Positions 26,531 to 37,422 of a stretch of DNA of 64,000 nucleotides are shown one piece after another. Source of the DNA: a virus. Lineage: Duplodnaviria > Caudoviricetes. Location: the IMG/VR virus record IMGVR_UViG_3300043754_000129, positions 1-64,000 of that record; one strand, written 5' to 3'. The notes below the pieces were generated by a model that was not told the DNA's origin, ran no database searches, and saw only the letters and a program-made list of their open reading frames with translations. Position 1 is the first letter of the stretch; each line of letters starts with the position of its first letter. The position numbers and the translations under genes are program-made.

Positions 26531-28474
26531 TTAGGCGCTCGCTTGTTCCTTCAGCTTCGCACGCTTTTCAGCGGCAGCAGCTTCAGCGGCCGGATCCGGC
26601 TTGCCGGTGACCTTGTCGGCGACCTTCTGGCCGGCTTCCTTGATGGCGCTGCCGGCCTTGCCAGCTGCTTCACCGATCTTGGCGCCTGCCTGCTTGGCGG
26701 CTTCACCAGCCTTGTTGGCTGCGTCCTTGACTTGCTGGGTCATGCCCGGCTTTGCGGCTTCGCCTTCGGCCGGAGCAGCTTCGCCCGTACCTTCAGCCTT
26801 GCCGTGCGCCTTCGCGCTCAGTTCGCCCCAGCCCACGATCTTCTCGGCCACATCGACCAGATAGTGGTTGACTTGCGTCGCGGCTTCCTTGAGCAGCTCT
26901 TGCGCCTTGCGAGCGATTGCCAGCTTGGCATTGCCTTGCGTCTTGGCTTCGACGTTCTCGCCTTCTTGACCGTCGTGCATGCCGTTGATGTTGCTTTCGG
27001 CAGCAGCCATCAGTTCCTTGAACGCGCCACCAGCAGCGTCCAGGCCTTGACGCGAATTCGCGACAGCCGTCGTGATCTCGATGACCAGATCCGCAGCGCG
27101 CTCGATCTGCGCCGAATCCAGCGTCGGCACCTTCGTGGCTTCGCCTTCGACCGGCAGGTTGATCTTCTTGAACTGGCAGTGCTCGACGTTCGCTTCGCTC
27201 CACACGGAGACGATACGCACGCGGCCCGGCAGTTCCGGCGACGAGTACATCGCTGCGCCGTCCGGAGCGGACACGCCTTCGATGCTCGATTCCTTCTGGA
27301 GGCCGAAGCTGTACTGGTCAGCGTTCTGGTTGCCCGGGTTCGCGCCGCTCTTCACGCTTTCGATGAGCTTCTGGATCGAACCGAAGTACTTCGACGCGCC
27401 GTTGTTGAACTGCTTGACGAAGTGGTCGAGGCTCGTGACCGTTTCGTCGAAGTTCACGCCGTTGGCGAACGACAGTGCCTTGGCGAGGCCGGCGTTGTCG
27501 AGTTCCTGTTCTTGCTTCTGGGCCTTGGCGACCGTTGCGGCAACTTGCTTGAGGGCTTCAGCGCGAGCCTTGACCTTCGTGTTCGTGTCGAACAGCTTGT
27601 TGTACCACTTGACGATCCAGTCCCAAATCTTCTTCGACCATTCGACGATCTTCTTCCAGATGTTCGCCGCGGTTTCCGACAGGTTCTCGATCGCGATCTG
27701 CGTCGAGCTCTGGCGCGTTGCCGAACCACCGAACGATTCCATCGCCGGCGTGACCTTGTCCGTCGGGATGCCCAGACGGCCGTAGATGTGTTCGAGCGAC
27801 ACACGCAGCACGCCCGCGCCGCCGCGCGTCAGACCACCTTCCTTGTCGGCCAGAATCAGCTGTTCGCGGATGGCTTCGAGTGCCGTTGCACCGGCTTCGG
27901 CTTCGTCGATTGCGTTGTCGTGCGCGTCGATCTCGCCGCGCTCGGCGTTCAGTTCAGCCATGTCGGCTTCGGCCGATTCAGCGTGTTCCGGCACGTCTTC
28001 GAGTTCGCCCAGTTCGTCGATCTCGCCTTCACCAGCGGTGCCTTCTGCGCCCGGAGGCGTTTCGCCTTCGGTCGGCGGCACTTCGCCTTCACCCTCGACC
28101 GGGGGAACTTCACCCTCGCCTTCTGCGGGCGGGGTTTCACCTTCCACGGGCGGCGTCTCGCCTTCGGCCGGAGGCGTTTCACCTTCGACCGGCGGGGTTT
28201 CACCTTCGCCTTCCGTCGGGGGCACTTCGCCCTCACCTTCGCCGGCTACCGGCGGGGTCGATTCGCCTTCGCCTTCAGCGGGCGGCGTACCTTCACCTTC
28301 TGCCGGAGGGGTGCCCTCGCCTTCACCAGCTGCCGGGGGCGTTGCCTCGCCTTCAGCCGGGGGAGTAGCTTCACCCTCGCCTTCGCCCGGGGCCGGTGCG
28401 TTGGTCGGGTCTTCGAGTTGCGGCTGTTCGCCTTCCATGGCCATGATGCCACGATTGAAAATACTGCGACGCAT
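26531..28474 (-). CDS. inner head / ejection protein paralog with an expanded EGETPP-repeat propeptide
   Basis: AMEG, AMESF and AIEN sites; IWKKIVEWSKKIWDWIVKWY amphipathic helix as in 25038. Confidence 0.8.
   Translation of the reverse strand: MRRSIFNRGIMAMEGEQPQLEDPTNAPAPGEGEGEATPPAEGEATPPAAGEGEGTPPAEGEGTPPAEGEGESTPPVAGEGEGEVPPTEGEGETPPVEGETPPAEGETPPVEGETPPAEGEGEVPPVEGEGEVPPTEGETPPGAEGTAGEGEIDELGELEDVPEHAESAEADMAELNAERGEIDAHDNAIDEAEAGATALEAIREQLILADKEGGLTRGGAGVLRVSLEHIYGRLGIPTDKVTPAMESFGGSATRQSSTQIAIENLSETAANIWKKIVEWSKKIWDWIVKWYNKLFDTNTKVKARAEALKQVAATVAKAQKQEQELDNAGLAKALSFANGVNFDETVTSLDHFVKQFNNGASKYFGSIQKLIESVKSGANPGNQNADQYSFGLQKESSIEGVSAPDGAAMYSSPELPGRVRIVSVWSEANVEHCQFKKINLPVEGEATKVPTLDSAQIERAADLVIEITTAVANSRQGLDAAGGAFKELMAAAESNINGMHDGQEGENVEAKTQGNAKLAIARKAQELLKEAATQVNHYLVDVAEKIVGWGELSAKAHGKAEGTGEAAPAEGEAAKPGMTQQVKDAANKAGEAAKQAGAKIGEAAGKAGSAIKEAGQKVADKVTGKPDPAAEAAAAEKRAKLKEQASA
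28030..28400 (-). repeat. coding degenerate tandem repeat (about 14 (E)GE(G/T)xPP units)
   Basis: Direct reading of the translation and of recurring TTCGCCTTC/TTCACCTTC DNA units. Confidence 0.85.
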
Positions 28475-28614
28475 TTGTGTTGCTCCTATTGCAATAGGGA
28501 AAGATTTGTTCACTACAGTACCCGCGCGGTACTTCTCAAGCACGTCTGCTCTGAACAGGCGAGCTCAAGACATGACAATCAGCGAGTCAACACTGACTAT
28601 ACAATGGTAAAGAT

Positions 28615-29223
28615 TTACACGTTACCGAAGAGCAGATGGAGCGTGCCCAAAAGGTCTTCGATACCTTGCGGTTGACTGCACCAACGCTGGATTACGTTGA
28701 TGAGACTGTACTGCACCGGATCGCACGGAACCGTCGTGCCTTGCTTCATGAAGAAGAAGTCACGGGCCGTTTGACACGGCTGGAACGGACGCAGTCCCTC
28801 GCTCGAAGTCTTGAGCAGATACGCCCAGGTCTCGAGACGGAATTCGTGCGTGCCGGTCGAAATGAACCGGCAGATGTCGCCCAGGAAGCGAACGTGTTCT
28901 TCACTGATCGTGGGCAGACTCAACTGCGACATGTACCAGGAATAGAAGTTCGACGTCCCGAAGGCTTGCAGCGCTGCGATGAGAACCGCTTCACGGAACT
29001 CTTCGGAGAGCGTGTCAGCCGAGCGCTTGATGTACTGCGAGTACAGCGTCTCGACGACTTGATTGGCATCGAGCACGACCGGGGTCGGTTGCAGGATGCC
29101 AATTTGCTTTTGCGAGCGGATGCGGATTTCGTAGGGCTTCGGACGCTCCGCGAGTCGCACAGGCAAGTCACGCCCGGCGAAACCCCGCGGATAGATCTTG
29201 AAGCCGGCGAGGGCTTCAGGCAT
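28615..29223 (-). CDS. conserved phiKZ-like hypothetical protein
   Basis: ORF overlapping the stop of the upstream gene; structural block. Confidence 0.65.
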   Translation of the reverse strand: MPEALAGFKIYPRGFAGRDLPVRLAERPKPYEIRIRSQKQIGILQPTPVVLDANQVVETLYSQYIKRSADTLSEEFREAVLIAALQAFGTSNFYSWYMSQLSLPTISEEHVRFLGDICRFISTGTHEFRLETWAYLLKTSSEGLRPFQPCQTARDFFFMKQGTTVPCDPVQYSLINVIQRWCSQPQGIEDLLGTLHLLFGNV

Positions 29224-30106
29224 AGTCAGCCTCCATCTTGGCGATCTTCGCGTTCATGTCCTGCACGCGCTTTTCCATGTAGTCGATTTCCGACGCGAGC
29301 GCGGCATCCGGCTTCTTCGCTTGCAGCTTCTCGAGGTAGAGCTTGCGCATCTGCACGAGTTGCAGCTCTTCCTTGGCCGAGTTGTACTTGCCCACTTGCC
29401 ACTCGGCGATCGCTTTGCCGATGTGGTAGAAGGGGTTCCAGGTCGACGCAATGAAGTTCATCTTCATCGGGTCGGTCTTGGCGCTGCCCAGCGTTTGGGC
29501 GACGGCACCGGCGGTAGCCGCCTTCACGACGACTTCAGGCGCTTCGTCGATGCGCTTGGAGAGTTCGTCGGGCTTGCAGGCGATCGCGACGAGCGCTTGC
29601 GCGAACATCGTGAGCTTGTCGTGGATGAAGTTGACTTCGGCCGGCACGAACGAGGTCTTGACAGCGACGTCGCTTTCCGGGAAGGTCGCCGTTTCCGCGA
29701 CCATCAGGAAGTTGGCGAGCTTGCGCGCATAGTTCGAGATGAACTGGACCGCATCCAGATACTGGAGGATCGAGGCCTTCTTGTAGGTCAGCGCCGACGA
29801 CACGACTTCTTCGTTGAACTGCGAGATCACCATCTGCTCGACGACGTCGAGGTTGCGCGCCGTGTTGTTCAGTGCTTCGAGGATCGTGGGGACCATGCCC
29901 TTGCTGCCAGCGATGCGACCGAAGGAGCTCGAGATGCTCTTCATGTCTTCGCTGCGCCACGACCACTTGCCGAAGAGGGTGTCCAGCGCGTCATACGCCG
30001 GAATGGTCGCTTCCCGCAGGCCCTTGCGCACGTTACCAAGATCATCGAGGATCTTGTCCTTACGCAGGCTCGGCGCCAACGTGGCGATGTATTGCTCAAC
30101 CTTCAT
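29216..30106 (-). CDS. virion head protein (phiKZ gp90-like)
   Basis: Helical protein ending in a coiled coil; NP.YH.G..IAEWQ motif; synteny. Confidence 0.65.
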   Translation of the reverse strand: MKVEQYIATLAPSLRKDKILDDLGNVRKGLREATIPAYDALDTLFGKWSWRSEDMKSISSSFGRIAGSKGMVPTILEALNNTARNLDVVEQMVISQFNEEVVSSALTYKKASILQYLDAVQFISNYARKLANFLMVAETATFPESDVAVKTSFVPAEVNFIHDKLTMFAQALVAIACKPDELSKRIDEAPEVVVKAATAGAVAQTLGSAKTDPMKMNFIASTWNPFYHIGKAIAEWQVGKYNSAKEELQLVQMRKLYLEKLQAKKPDAALASEIDYMEKRVQDMNAKIAKMEADYA

Positions 30107-30171
30107 GATTGAAGATCCTTTCGTGAAAAAAATGAAGCTGAGTGGATTGCTCCACCCAGCCGATGAGTTGG

Positions 30172-31650
30172 TTACAGACGCGGAGCTTGGCCGAGCGTGT
30201 AGGCCTTCAGGATGTCCGAGACGTCCGGACCGTTGCCCTTGCCGGACGCCTTGATGTCGCGGAACGACACGTCGGTTGCATCGGGCAGACCACGGTGGTA
30301 GAACGTGACGCGGTTCCATTCCTTGTCGATCACGGCGACGATCATGAGCGACGTGCGTTCGAACACTTGCTGGCGCCACTTGAAGTCGCTGAACTTGCCG
30401 GGCATCGATTGCTCGAGTTCTTCGATCGAGTTCGTCGTGGTGACGATCATGTTCGAGGCCGACGCAACCGACGGCACGCCGCTGATGAAGGCGGCCATGA
30501 GCGACTTCTGTTCACGCTTGATGACGTTGTGGTAGACGCTGTCGCTCGAGGTCATGAGGCTGCGACGGTGTTCGTCGATCAGGTCACGAGCGAAGATCAG
30601 GTCCTTCACGAACGAGAGGCGGCCCGACTTGTAGCCGTGCCAACGGTCGTCTGCCGAGTGCAGCTGGTAGGCATTGAGCGACAAGATATGAACGAGCTTC
30701 GCGCTCGGGATGGTGTTGACCACCAACCGGATCGCAACCGGCACATTGAACGTTTGCCCGTTGTTCTTGAGTTCGACGTTGATGACCTTGCCCACGGACA
30801 GGTTCGACGCTTCGCGGATGTCCTTCAAGGCACCCTCGTCGACGTGCAGACCCACGCGTTCGCCTTCGGCCTTCGACTTCTTCTCGGCGGCTTCGCGCTC
30901 AGCGGCAGTACGAGCGCGCTCTTGCAACTGGAAGTCACGGTCGGCTGCGCGATCGAGTTCGTTCTCGGTGTCACGGCGCTTGTTCTTGGCACGGTCTTCG
31001 GCACGTTCGGCGTCTTGTTGACGCTGGCGTTCCTTCTGCGCATGACGGTCCGCGTCTTGCTCGTCGCTGCGGGCGACTTCACGATCGGCCTTCCAGTTCT
31101 TGTAGTCCTTGTCGTTGTCGAACGGGGACTGAACCTTGCGGCCATTCTTGTTCATGTCGTTGCCGAAGTCGTCCATCGCTTCGAGCGCAACGGCTTGGTC
31201 GTCCATGTTGCGGAAGTCGGGGAGCGCATCCTTGTACGCTTCCATCGAGAACTGCATGCCGTCGCCCTTGGAGTACTTGAACTTCATACCACCGAAGTTG
31301 TTGGCGACATCACGCTTCAGATTGCCATGGGGGTTCGAGTGACCGTTGGGGTTGAACTTACCCAGCGTATCGATCACCTTCACGTTGCCCAGGGCCGAAT
31401 CCAGCGACAGGGCTTGCAGGTAATAACCTGCGAAAATGCTTTGCATCGATTGAAGAACGTCGTGCAGTTCTTCGACATACAGCGCGTCCGTATCCACCAG
31501 CACGAGCGGCTCGACACGAGCGGCTTGCGAGAAGGACACCAGATCCGTGCTGGCTCCGACAGCGGCCGCACGATCCATGAACATCTTGATGGCGGCCTGG
31601 CCTACCACCGCACCGGCGGCTGCGGCATTCGTTACGATCTCAGCACTCAT
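30172..31650 (-). CDS. virion head protein (phiKZ gp89-like)
   Basis: ARVEPLVLVD, SIFAGYYLQA, LSVGK, F.KDL.F..DL and G.GPD..DI motifs recalled for this family. Confidence 0.7.
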   Translation of the reverse strand: MSAEIVTNAAAAGAVVGQAAIKMFMDRAAAVGASTDLVSFSQAARVEPLVLVDTDALYVEELHDVLQSMQSIFAGYYLQALSLDSALGNVKVIDTLGKFNPNGHSNPHGNLKRDVANNFGGMKFKYSKGDGMQFSMEAYKDALPDFRNMDDQAVALEAMDDFGNDMNKNGRKVQSPFDNDKDYKNWKADREVARSDEQDADRHAQKERQRQQDAERAEDRAKNKRRDTENELDRAADRDFQLQERARTAAEREAAEKKSKAEGERVGLHVDEGALKDIREASNLSVGKVINVELKNNGQTFNVPVAIRLVVNTIPSAKLVHILSLNAYQLHSADDRWHGYKSGRLSFVKDLIFARDLIDEHRRSLMTSSDSVYHNVIKREQKSLMAAFISGVPSVASASNMIVTTTNSIEELEQSMPGKFSDFKWRQQVFERTSLMIVAVIDKEWNRVTFYHRGLPDATDVSFRDIKASGKGNGPDVSDILKAYTLGQAPRL

Positions 31651-31685
31651 CGCGCTAGTCCCATTTGAAAAGAGGTTAAACAAGT

Positions 31686-32954
31686 ATGGCTACATCTGAC
31701 GGTACCACGGGCACCTCAGCTGCATTGGATATTTCCAGCGTCTTCACCGCTGCAAGTACCACGCCGCAGAGCGCCGTGGACTCGTTGTTGGCGACGACGC
31801 CAATGGGTTCGCGCGGAACGGGGGCGCTGAAGAATACGTACTTCGGCATCAACCACCGCCAGACCCCTAACGCGGTTCCCATCAACAAAGACCATTACGG
31901 TCTGACGTTCTTCACGCGACCGAACCTGAATTTGTCGCTGGGGAACTTACGTGCTGTTCGTTTGTTCAATCCGTTGACGACCACCAACGACAAGACACTT
32001 CAAAGAATTATCCGCTGCTACCTCTCGCCTCGTGAGAATCAAGGCGATACGACGTTGGGGATTGCAGCGACGACTTCGCCCTTTGTGGACCCGCAACAAG
32101 CGTTCATTCCACTCTTGACGAATACCTTGAAGGGTATCAATGGTTGGCAAGATGTCACCGTTCCCTACAACACCTCGCATGAGGGGTTATATAAGGAACA
32201 GTACTCCATCGTCGACGGAGTGACGGACATTTATTCGGCATACGATATTACAGCCAATTTCCGCAACATTCCGGGCGATCCGATCACCGCAATGTTCTTC
32301 TACTGGGCGCACTACATGAGCAATGTGTTCCAGGGGAACATGGTGCCGTACCCGGAGATGGTGGTGGAAAATGAGCTGGACTACCAGACGCGCATCTATC
32401 GCCTGGTGCTTGATCCGAGCCGCACCTACGTCCAGAAAATCGGCGCGTGTGGGGCAGCGTTTCCGTATGCGAATCCCATTGGGGGTTCGTTCAACTATGA
32501 TTCGGAAAAGCCCTACAACGACACGAATCAGGACATCAGCATTCCGTTCCATTGCGTGGGTGCGATCTACAACGATCCGATCCTGCTCTACACGTTCAAC
32601 AAGACCGTGCAGGACTTCAATCACTCGATGACCGATGCGAACCGGGCGTCGATGAATACGAAGATCCCGATGGCGGCATTGCAGCTGTTTAACAACCGTG
32701 GCTACCCGCGCATCAACCCGGACACGTGGGAGCTGGAGTGGTGGATCGATAACGCTACGTACAACCAAGTGCTGCCGGTCACCGAGATTGGCTTGCTCAC
32801 GGGTACGCAGACGTTGCCCACGGGCCAGAGCACGCCGAGTGGCGTGACGAACTCGCAGATCTACACGGCCGGTCACACGCAACCTAGTGTGAATTCGAGC
32901 TCGGTGAACAAGAACGTCATCCACAGCTTGCCGGTTACCCAGAACAACTCGTAA
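31686..32954 (+). CDS. virion structural protein (phiKZ gp88-like, tail tube/baseplate-associated)
   Basis: FFTRPNLNL, FIPLLTN.L, DYQTRIYRL.LD and YND motifs; synteny. Confidence 0.7.
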   Translation: MATSDGTTGTSAALDISSVFTAASTTPQSAVDSLLATTPMGSRGTGALKNTYFGINHRQTPNAVPINKDHYGLTFFTRPNLNLSLGNLRAVRLFNPLTTTNDKTLQRIIRCYLSPRENQGDTTLGIAATTSPFVDPQQAFIPLLTNTLKGINGWQDVTVPYNTSHEGLYKEQYSIVDGVTDIYSAYDITANFRNIPGDPITAMFFYWAHYMSNVFQGNMVPYPEMVVENELDYQTRIYRLVLDPSRTYVQKIGACGAAFPYANPIGGSFNYDSEKPYNDTNQDISIPFHCVGAIYNDPILLYTFNKTVQDFNHSMTDANRASMNTKIPMAALQLFNNRGYPRINPDTWELEWWIDNATYNQVLPVTEIGLLTGTQTLPTGQSTPSGVTNSQIYTAGHTQPSVNSSSVNKNVIHSLPVTQNNS

Positions 32955-32963
32955 GGACTCTTC

Positions 32964-35900
32964 ATGGCAACAACCTCATCGGACGGCGTGAGCACCACGG
33001 CGGCAATGGTCGCCTCGCTCACGGTGCCTTCGGGCAGCCCGACGATCACGGACCTGATTAATAGCATCGTTAATTATCAGTACAATCCGGCGGGTATCCA
33101 ACAAGTCGCGTTCAACTACTTGAACGAAGTCACGGGTGGCGTGGTCAACATCGTCGACCCTTCCAATCCGTACGTGCATTCCATCGAGACGAGCGCGGTC
33201 AACACCGCGGCCTTCATGGAGAAGGTGCAGGCACTGTGGCGCAAGGGCTACTCGGTGTCGGCTGTCACCTACGCGGATCTGTATCCGCACATGTCGGACA
33301 CGGACTACGTGAATCGCTTTGCTTCGCCCGCCACCACGACGTGGACGCTGGCCTTTGGCGAGAACGAGCTGCTCAACAAGCTGGTTGCGGATCCGACGAC
33401 CGGTACGAAGAAGCTGACCATTCCGCGCAACACCTACTTCACAGTGGGCGAAGTGCAGTTCAGTCTCCAGTACCCGATCAACATCGTGCAGGCTGCGCAC
33501 GGTGGTTTGTCGGTGACCTACGACACGACGATTGCGAGTCCGCTGCAAACGCTGACCTCGAATCTCGTCGATTGGCAGTACCGTCAGGGTCAGGATCAGA
33601 ACTGGGTGTTCTTGACGTTCCCGGTGCAACAGTTCGACATCATCACCCGCACGGGTACCTGTTCGCCGAGCCGTCAGTTCAGCCAGACGATCCCGCTCAC
33701 GAACCAGTTCTACTACTGCCGGGTCTACGCGTTCAACTCGACGATCAGCAGCTGGGTGGAACTCCAGACGACGCACTCGTCCGAGATCTATGATCCGCTG
33801 ACGCCGACGGCCTTGCTGACGGTGGACACGGACATCGCTACGGGCGTGACGCAACTAGAAGTGAGTATTCCGCAGGTTTATACGGCCAGTGGTCTGTTGA
33901 ACCAGAACATCCGCATCGACGTGTACGAGACGCAAGGTCCGCTGAACATGAACCTGGCGAACTACGCTGCGTCCGCGTTTGCTGCGAACTTCTTCGCGAT
34001 CGACACGAACGACACGACGATGTTCACGACGCCGCTCAATACGTTCTCGGCGGTCCTGACGTATTCGGATTCGACGGTCATCGGTGGTACGAACTCGCAG
34101 AGCTTCCTCTCGCTGCGCCAGCAAGTGGATGACAACTCGGTAGGTCCGCAATCCCTGCCGATTACGCCGGCCCAGCTGCAAGACACGTTGAGCCAAGAAG
34201 GCTTTGGCGTGGTGAAGAACGTGGACAACATCACGAACCGGACGTACCTGGCCACGGCCCCGATGCCGCAGCCGACGGACAGCTCGTTGATTACCGCGGC
34301 CTGCTCCACGATCTCGACGATCGCATTGTCGGTGGCGCAAGCGGTTGCCAACAGCGCCGTGATCGATAACGGCTCGAGCGTGACGATTACGCCGAAGGCC
34401 GTGTACCAGAACGTGAACGGCGTGGTCTCGATGGTGAGCGATGAGGTGCTGAACCAGCTCGCTGCCATGACACCGACCAACCTGGCACTGGCTGTCAACT
34501 CCGGGAACTACTTCTGGAGCCCATGGCACTACGTGGTCGACATGACCAAGAACGAGTTGGCGCTGCGTCCGTACTACCTGAATTCGCCGGCTGTTGAGAC
34601 GAAGCTCTGGGTGGGCGAGAATGACACGACGCAACTCGAAGTGAGCACGAAGACGTACACGCTCTCGCAAACGGCTACGGGTTATCAGCTGGTATTGGCG
34701 ACGACGTCGAACACGGCCTACCAAGGTCTGGACGACAACCAAGTCTTCTGCCAGCTCTCGTTCATCCCGCCGGGTCAAACGGCGCGGGCTTATCTGAACG
34801 GCACGCTCACGGGCAAGACGAGCACGGGTGAGCGTCTCTTCACGTTCGATCTGTCGACGAACTACAACGTGGACGCCAACTCGAACTTGTACCTGACGAA
34901 GTTCTTCATGTACAACACGACGGCGGGTCAGCTGACGGCCTGTCCGCTGGAAGCCACGATCGATGTGGTCTACGGTACGACAGCCACGATGCCCTCGACG
35001 TGGGTGACGGATACCGTCGACACGAAGCTCGGTCGCTTCCTCTTGGGTGCGAACGCAGTCGGCGTCACGAACGAACAGCTCGTCATTGAGTTCGGTCAGT
35101 ATCTCGATACGCTTTGGGCAAGCGCACGGACGGTGGTCTCGACGGTGCAGTACCAGACCTACACGACCAACGTGCCGTACTACTACGAAGCGGACGTGTA
35201 TCAGCCGGACGCGACAACGGGTCTGCCGTTTAGCTACGTCGACAACGAGATCGTCTTCACGGTCTTGCACAAGAAGGGTGATCCGGTGCTCAACACCGAT
35301 GGCACGCCGAGCTACCGCTACCGTGTGGGGGATGTCATCCTCGACGGTCAAGGTAACCCGGTGCCGATCAGTCCGCGCAACCTCACGCGCAACCTGGACA
35401 TCATGCTCATCGAAGCGGCGTATCGCTTTGCCAATGACACGGTGGCCCCGGCCTACGTGAGTCAGTTGCTCACGACGGTGACGGGTTGGTTGACTGGTGA
35501 ATTCGAGACGCTCAACAAGTCGTTGCTCGAACAGACGGAGCTGTACTACTACCCGGTGTCCAACATCGGTAGCGTGCAGGTCTATGGCCAGGATGGCAGC
35601 ATCTACAACCTGGATGCGGGTCAGAGCTTTGTGGTTACCTGCTACGTCGCGCCGAACGTCTTCGCTAACGAGACGCTCAAGGGACAATTGCAGACGGCTA
35701 CGATCAGCACGATCAGCGAGGCACTGGCCAATACGGTGGTGTCGGATTCGCAGATCAATGCAGCCCTGAATGCGATCTACGGCACGGATGTGATCAGCTT
35801 CACGTTCTCGGGGTTGGGTAATGGGAAGGCGAACTTCTCGACGCTCACGCTCGTGAACGACAGCGCGCAACTCGGTATTGCGAAGGAGCTCATTGTGAAC

Positions 35901-35981
35901 GCCAACGGTACGCTCAGCGTGCAAGAAGCGGTGACGGTGAACTTCGTCTCGTACGCTCCGGGTGGTAACGCGGTCGCTTAA
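32964..35981 (+). CDS. large virion structural protein (phiKZ gp87-like, putative baseplate wedge)
   Basis: 1005-aa beta-rich ORF; DP.NP, DLY.HMSD.DY and KNVD..T.R motifs; synteny. Confidence 0.75.
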   Translation: MATTSSDGVSTTAAMVASLTVPSGSPTITDLINSIVNYQYNPAGIQQVAFNYLNEVTGGVVNIVDPSNPYVHSIETSAVNTAAFMEKVQALWRKGYSVSAVTYADLYPHMSDTDYVNRFASPATTTWTLAFGENELLNKLVADPTTGTKKLTIPRNTYFTVGEVQFSLQYPINIVQAAHGGLSVTYDTTIASPLQTLTSNLVDWQYRQGQDQNWVFLTFPVQQFDIITRTGTCSPSRQFSQTIPLTNQFYYCRVYAFNSTISSWVELQTTHSSEIYDPLTPTALLTVDTDIATGVTQLEVSIPQVYTASGLLNQNIRIDVYETQGPLNMNLANYAASAFAANFFAIDTNDTTMFTTPLNTFSAVLTYSDSTVIGGTNSQSFLSLRQQVDDNSVGPQSLPITPAQLQDTLSQEGFGVVKNVDNITNRTYLATAPMPQPTDSSLITAACSTISTIALSVAQAVANSAVIDNGSSVTITPKAVYQNVNGVVSMVSDEVLNQLAAMTPTNLALAVNSGNYFWSPWHYVVDMTKNELALRPYYLNSPAVETKLWVGENDTTQLEVSTKTYTLSQTATGYQLVLATTSNTAYQGLDDNQVFCQLSFIPPGQTARAYLNGTLTGKTSTGERLFTFDLSTNYNVDANSNLYLTKFFMYNTTAGQLTACPLEATIDVVYGTTATMPSTWVTDTVDTKLGRFLLGANAVGVTNEQLVIEFGQYLDTLWASARTVVSTVQYQTYTTNVPYYYEADVYQPDATTGLPFSYVDNEIVFTVLHKKGDPVLNTDGTPSYRYRVGDVILDGQGNPVPISPRNLTRNLDIMLIEAAYRFANDTVAPAYVSQLLTTVTGWLTGEFETLNKSLLEQTELYYYPVSNIGSVQVYGQDGSIYNLDAGQSFVVTCYVAPNVFANETLKGQLQTATISTISEALANTVVSDSQINAALNAIYGTDVISFTFSGLGNGKANFSTLTLVNDSAQLGIAKELIVNANGTLSVQEAVTVNFVSYAPGGNAVA

Positions 35982-35986
35982 GGAAG

Positions 35987-36025
35987 CGGCATAAAGGCCC
36001 GGCATTGCGCCGGGCTAATATGCCG
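35987..36025. terminator. bidirectional terminator with CGGCATA...TATGCCG arms
   Basis: Between convergent genes; inner stem GCCCGG/CCGGGC, outer arms complementary. Confidence 0.75.
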
Positions 36026-36030
36026 TCAAC

Positions 36031-37422
36031 TTACATCGGCTTGACAAAGCGTTTGAATTCCTTGTCGACTGCCTTGAGCTCGTGCGCGACCGAGGTCCAG
36101 CGTGCCAGGTTGCCCCCGTCTTGATTCAGACCGTGAACGGCCAGACGCGTAGCAATGGCTGCCGCAAACCCCGCAGCATTCGACGCCATATGCAGGAGTC
36201 GATTCTGGAAGCTCATCAGCTCACCGGTGATGCTGATCATCGACGCCACATCTTGACCGAGCACAAAGATCGCTTGACGCAACGCTTGACCCAACATGGT
36301 CGAGTGCTGGCCGCGCTTGCCGTCGCTGTGGTAGTTGCCCGAGGTACGCTCCAGCGACTGGAGTTCGTTCTTCGTATTCTCCAACAGCGGCATCGTCGTG
36401 TTCAGGGCACTGAGGCTCTCGACCACGTCTTCCCGGTTGAACGCTTGGCTCATCACCTGAAAGAGTTGGTCAAAGGAGATCGGACCTTCCACTTCCTGGA
36501 CGCTCGTTGCATGCGCCAGATTGTAGATGTACTGCTTGATCTCCGGCAGTGTTTGCTCCACTTCCTTGAAGCGCACCACCATTGGCTCCGTAAGCACCTG
36601 GAGAGCCCGCAGGTTGGCCGCGTCGGCCGTGTTGCTGTCATCGGTCAGGTTCAGACGCGAGACCGCTTCCAGGGCCGTTAGACGCTGACGCAGCACCACT
36701 TGCAAATTGCTGAACAACACACTCAGCTGCGCCATCTCCGTGCTGTACTCGCCCCTGTGGACGATGTCGTGGAAGAACGGATCCTTCGTTTGCAGGAAAC
36801 GGGCGATGCGTTGGTCGTGGGCGTTGTCCTTGAAGAGTTGCTCGATCGCTTTGTCCAGTGAGTAGACTTCGCGGTTCGGGGCGTCCTTCAAGTAGATGTA
36901 CTGGCCACTCGTGCTCGTCACGGCTTCGTTCACGAGGGTCTCGCAGCGCTTGAGGAGCTTCTTCGTTTCCTCGAGCTCTGCGATGCTATCCTTCACAGCT
37001 TCTTCAGGAGAGGCTGCGTCCTTGCGACCCATGAGCCACTTGAAGAACTTCACAATGGCCATGACGATCGCAGCAATGCCAGCGGCAATCAGACTCCACA
37101 CGCCTGCACTCAGTTCTTCCAACGCTACACCGTAGCGGGTCTTACTGGGGTTGACTGTGTAGTAGCCGATCGGACGCTGACCGTCGAACTCAGGCAGCAA
37201 GCGCTGGGCTTCCAGGGCAAACTGCTGGCTCATGCCCTTCGAATCAAGAAGGGCTGCGCGCAAGACTTCCAGATCCTCGATGCGGGCTTCCAGTGCACCC
37301 AAGCCGTCGAGTTCCTCCAGAAGATCGGGAGCAACGCCTGTACCGACCGTTTCCACGATCTGCGGCACCAACTCCCAATCTGCATCGTAATCAAGCGCCG
37401 TGTTCAGGCGCTGATTAAACAT
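36031..37422 (-). CDS. virion head/ejection protein with a TM segment (phiKZ gp86-like)
   Basis: ALE-E processing site followed by hydrophobic GVWSLIAAGIAAIVMAIVKFFKWL. Confidence 0.7.
   Translation of the reverse strand: MFNQRLNTALDYDADWELVPQIVETVGTGVAPDLLEELDGLGALEARIEDLEVLRAALLDSKGMSQQFALEAQRLLPEFDGQRPIGYYTVNPSKTRYGVALEELSAGVWSLIAAGIAAIVMAIVKFFKWLMGRKDAASPEEAVKDSIAELEETKKLLKRCETLVNEAVTSTSGQYIYLKDAPNREVYSLDKAIEQLFKDNAHDQRIARFLQTKDPFFHDIVHRGEYSTEMAQLSVLFSNLQVVLRQRLTALEAVSRLNLTDDSNTADAANLRALQVLTEPMVVRFKEVEQTLPEIKQYIYNLAHATSVQEVEGPISFDQLFQVMSQAFNREDVVESLSALNTTMPLLENTKNELQSLERTSGNYHSDGKRGQHSTMLGQALRQAIFVLGQDVASMISITGELMSFQNRLLHMASNAAGFAAAIATRLAVHGLNQDGGNLARWTSVAHELKAVDKEFKRFVKPM

Noticed and set aside
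17720-31689. TATG overlapping the start codons of several virion genes (17722, 24936, 29223, 31686) as late promoters
   Set aside because: T before ATG is common by chance; this cannot be distinguished without TSS data.
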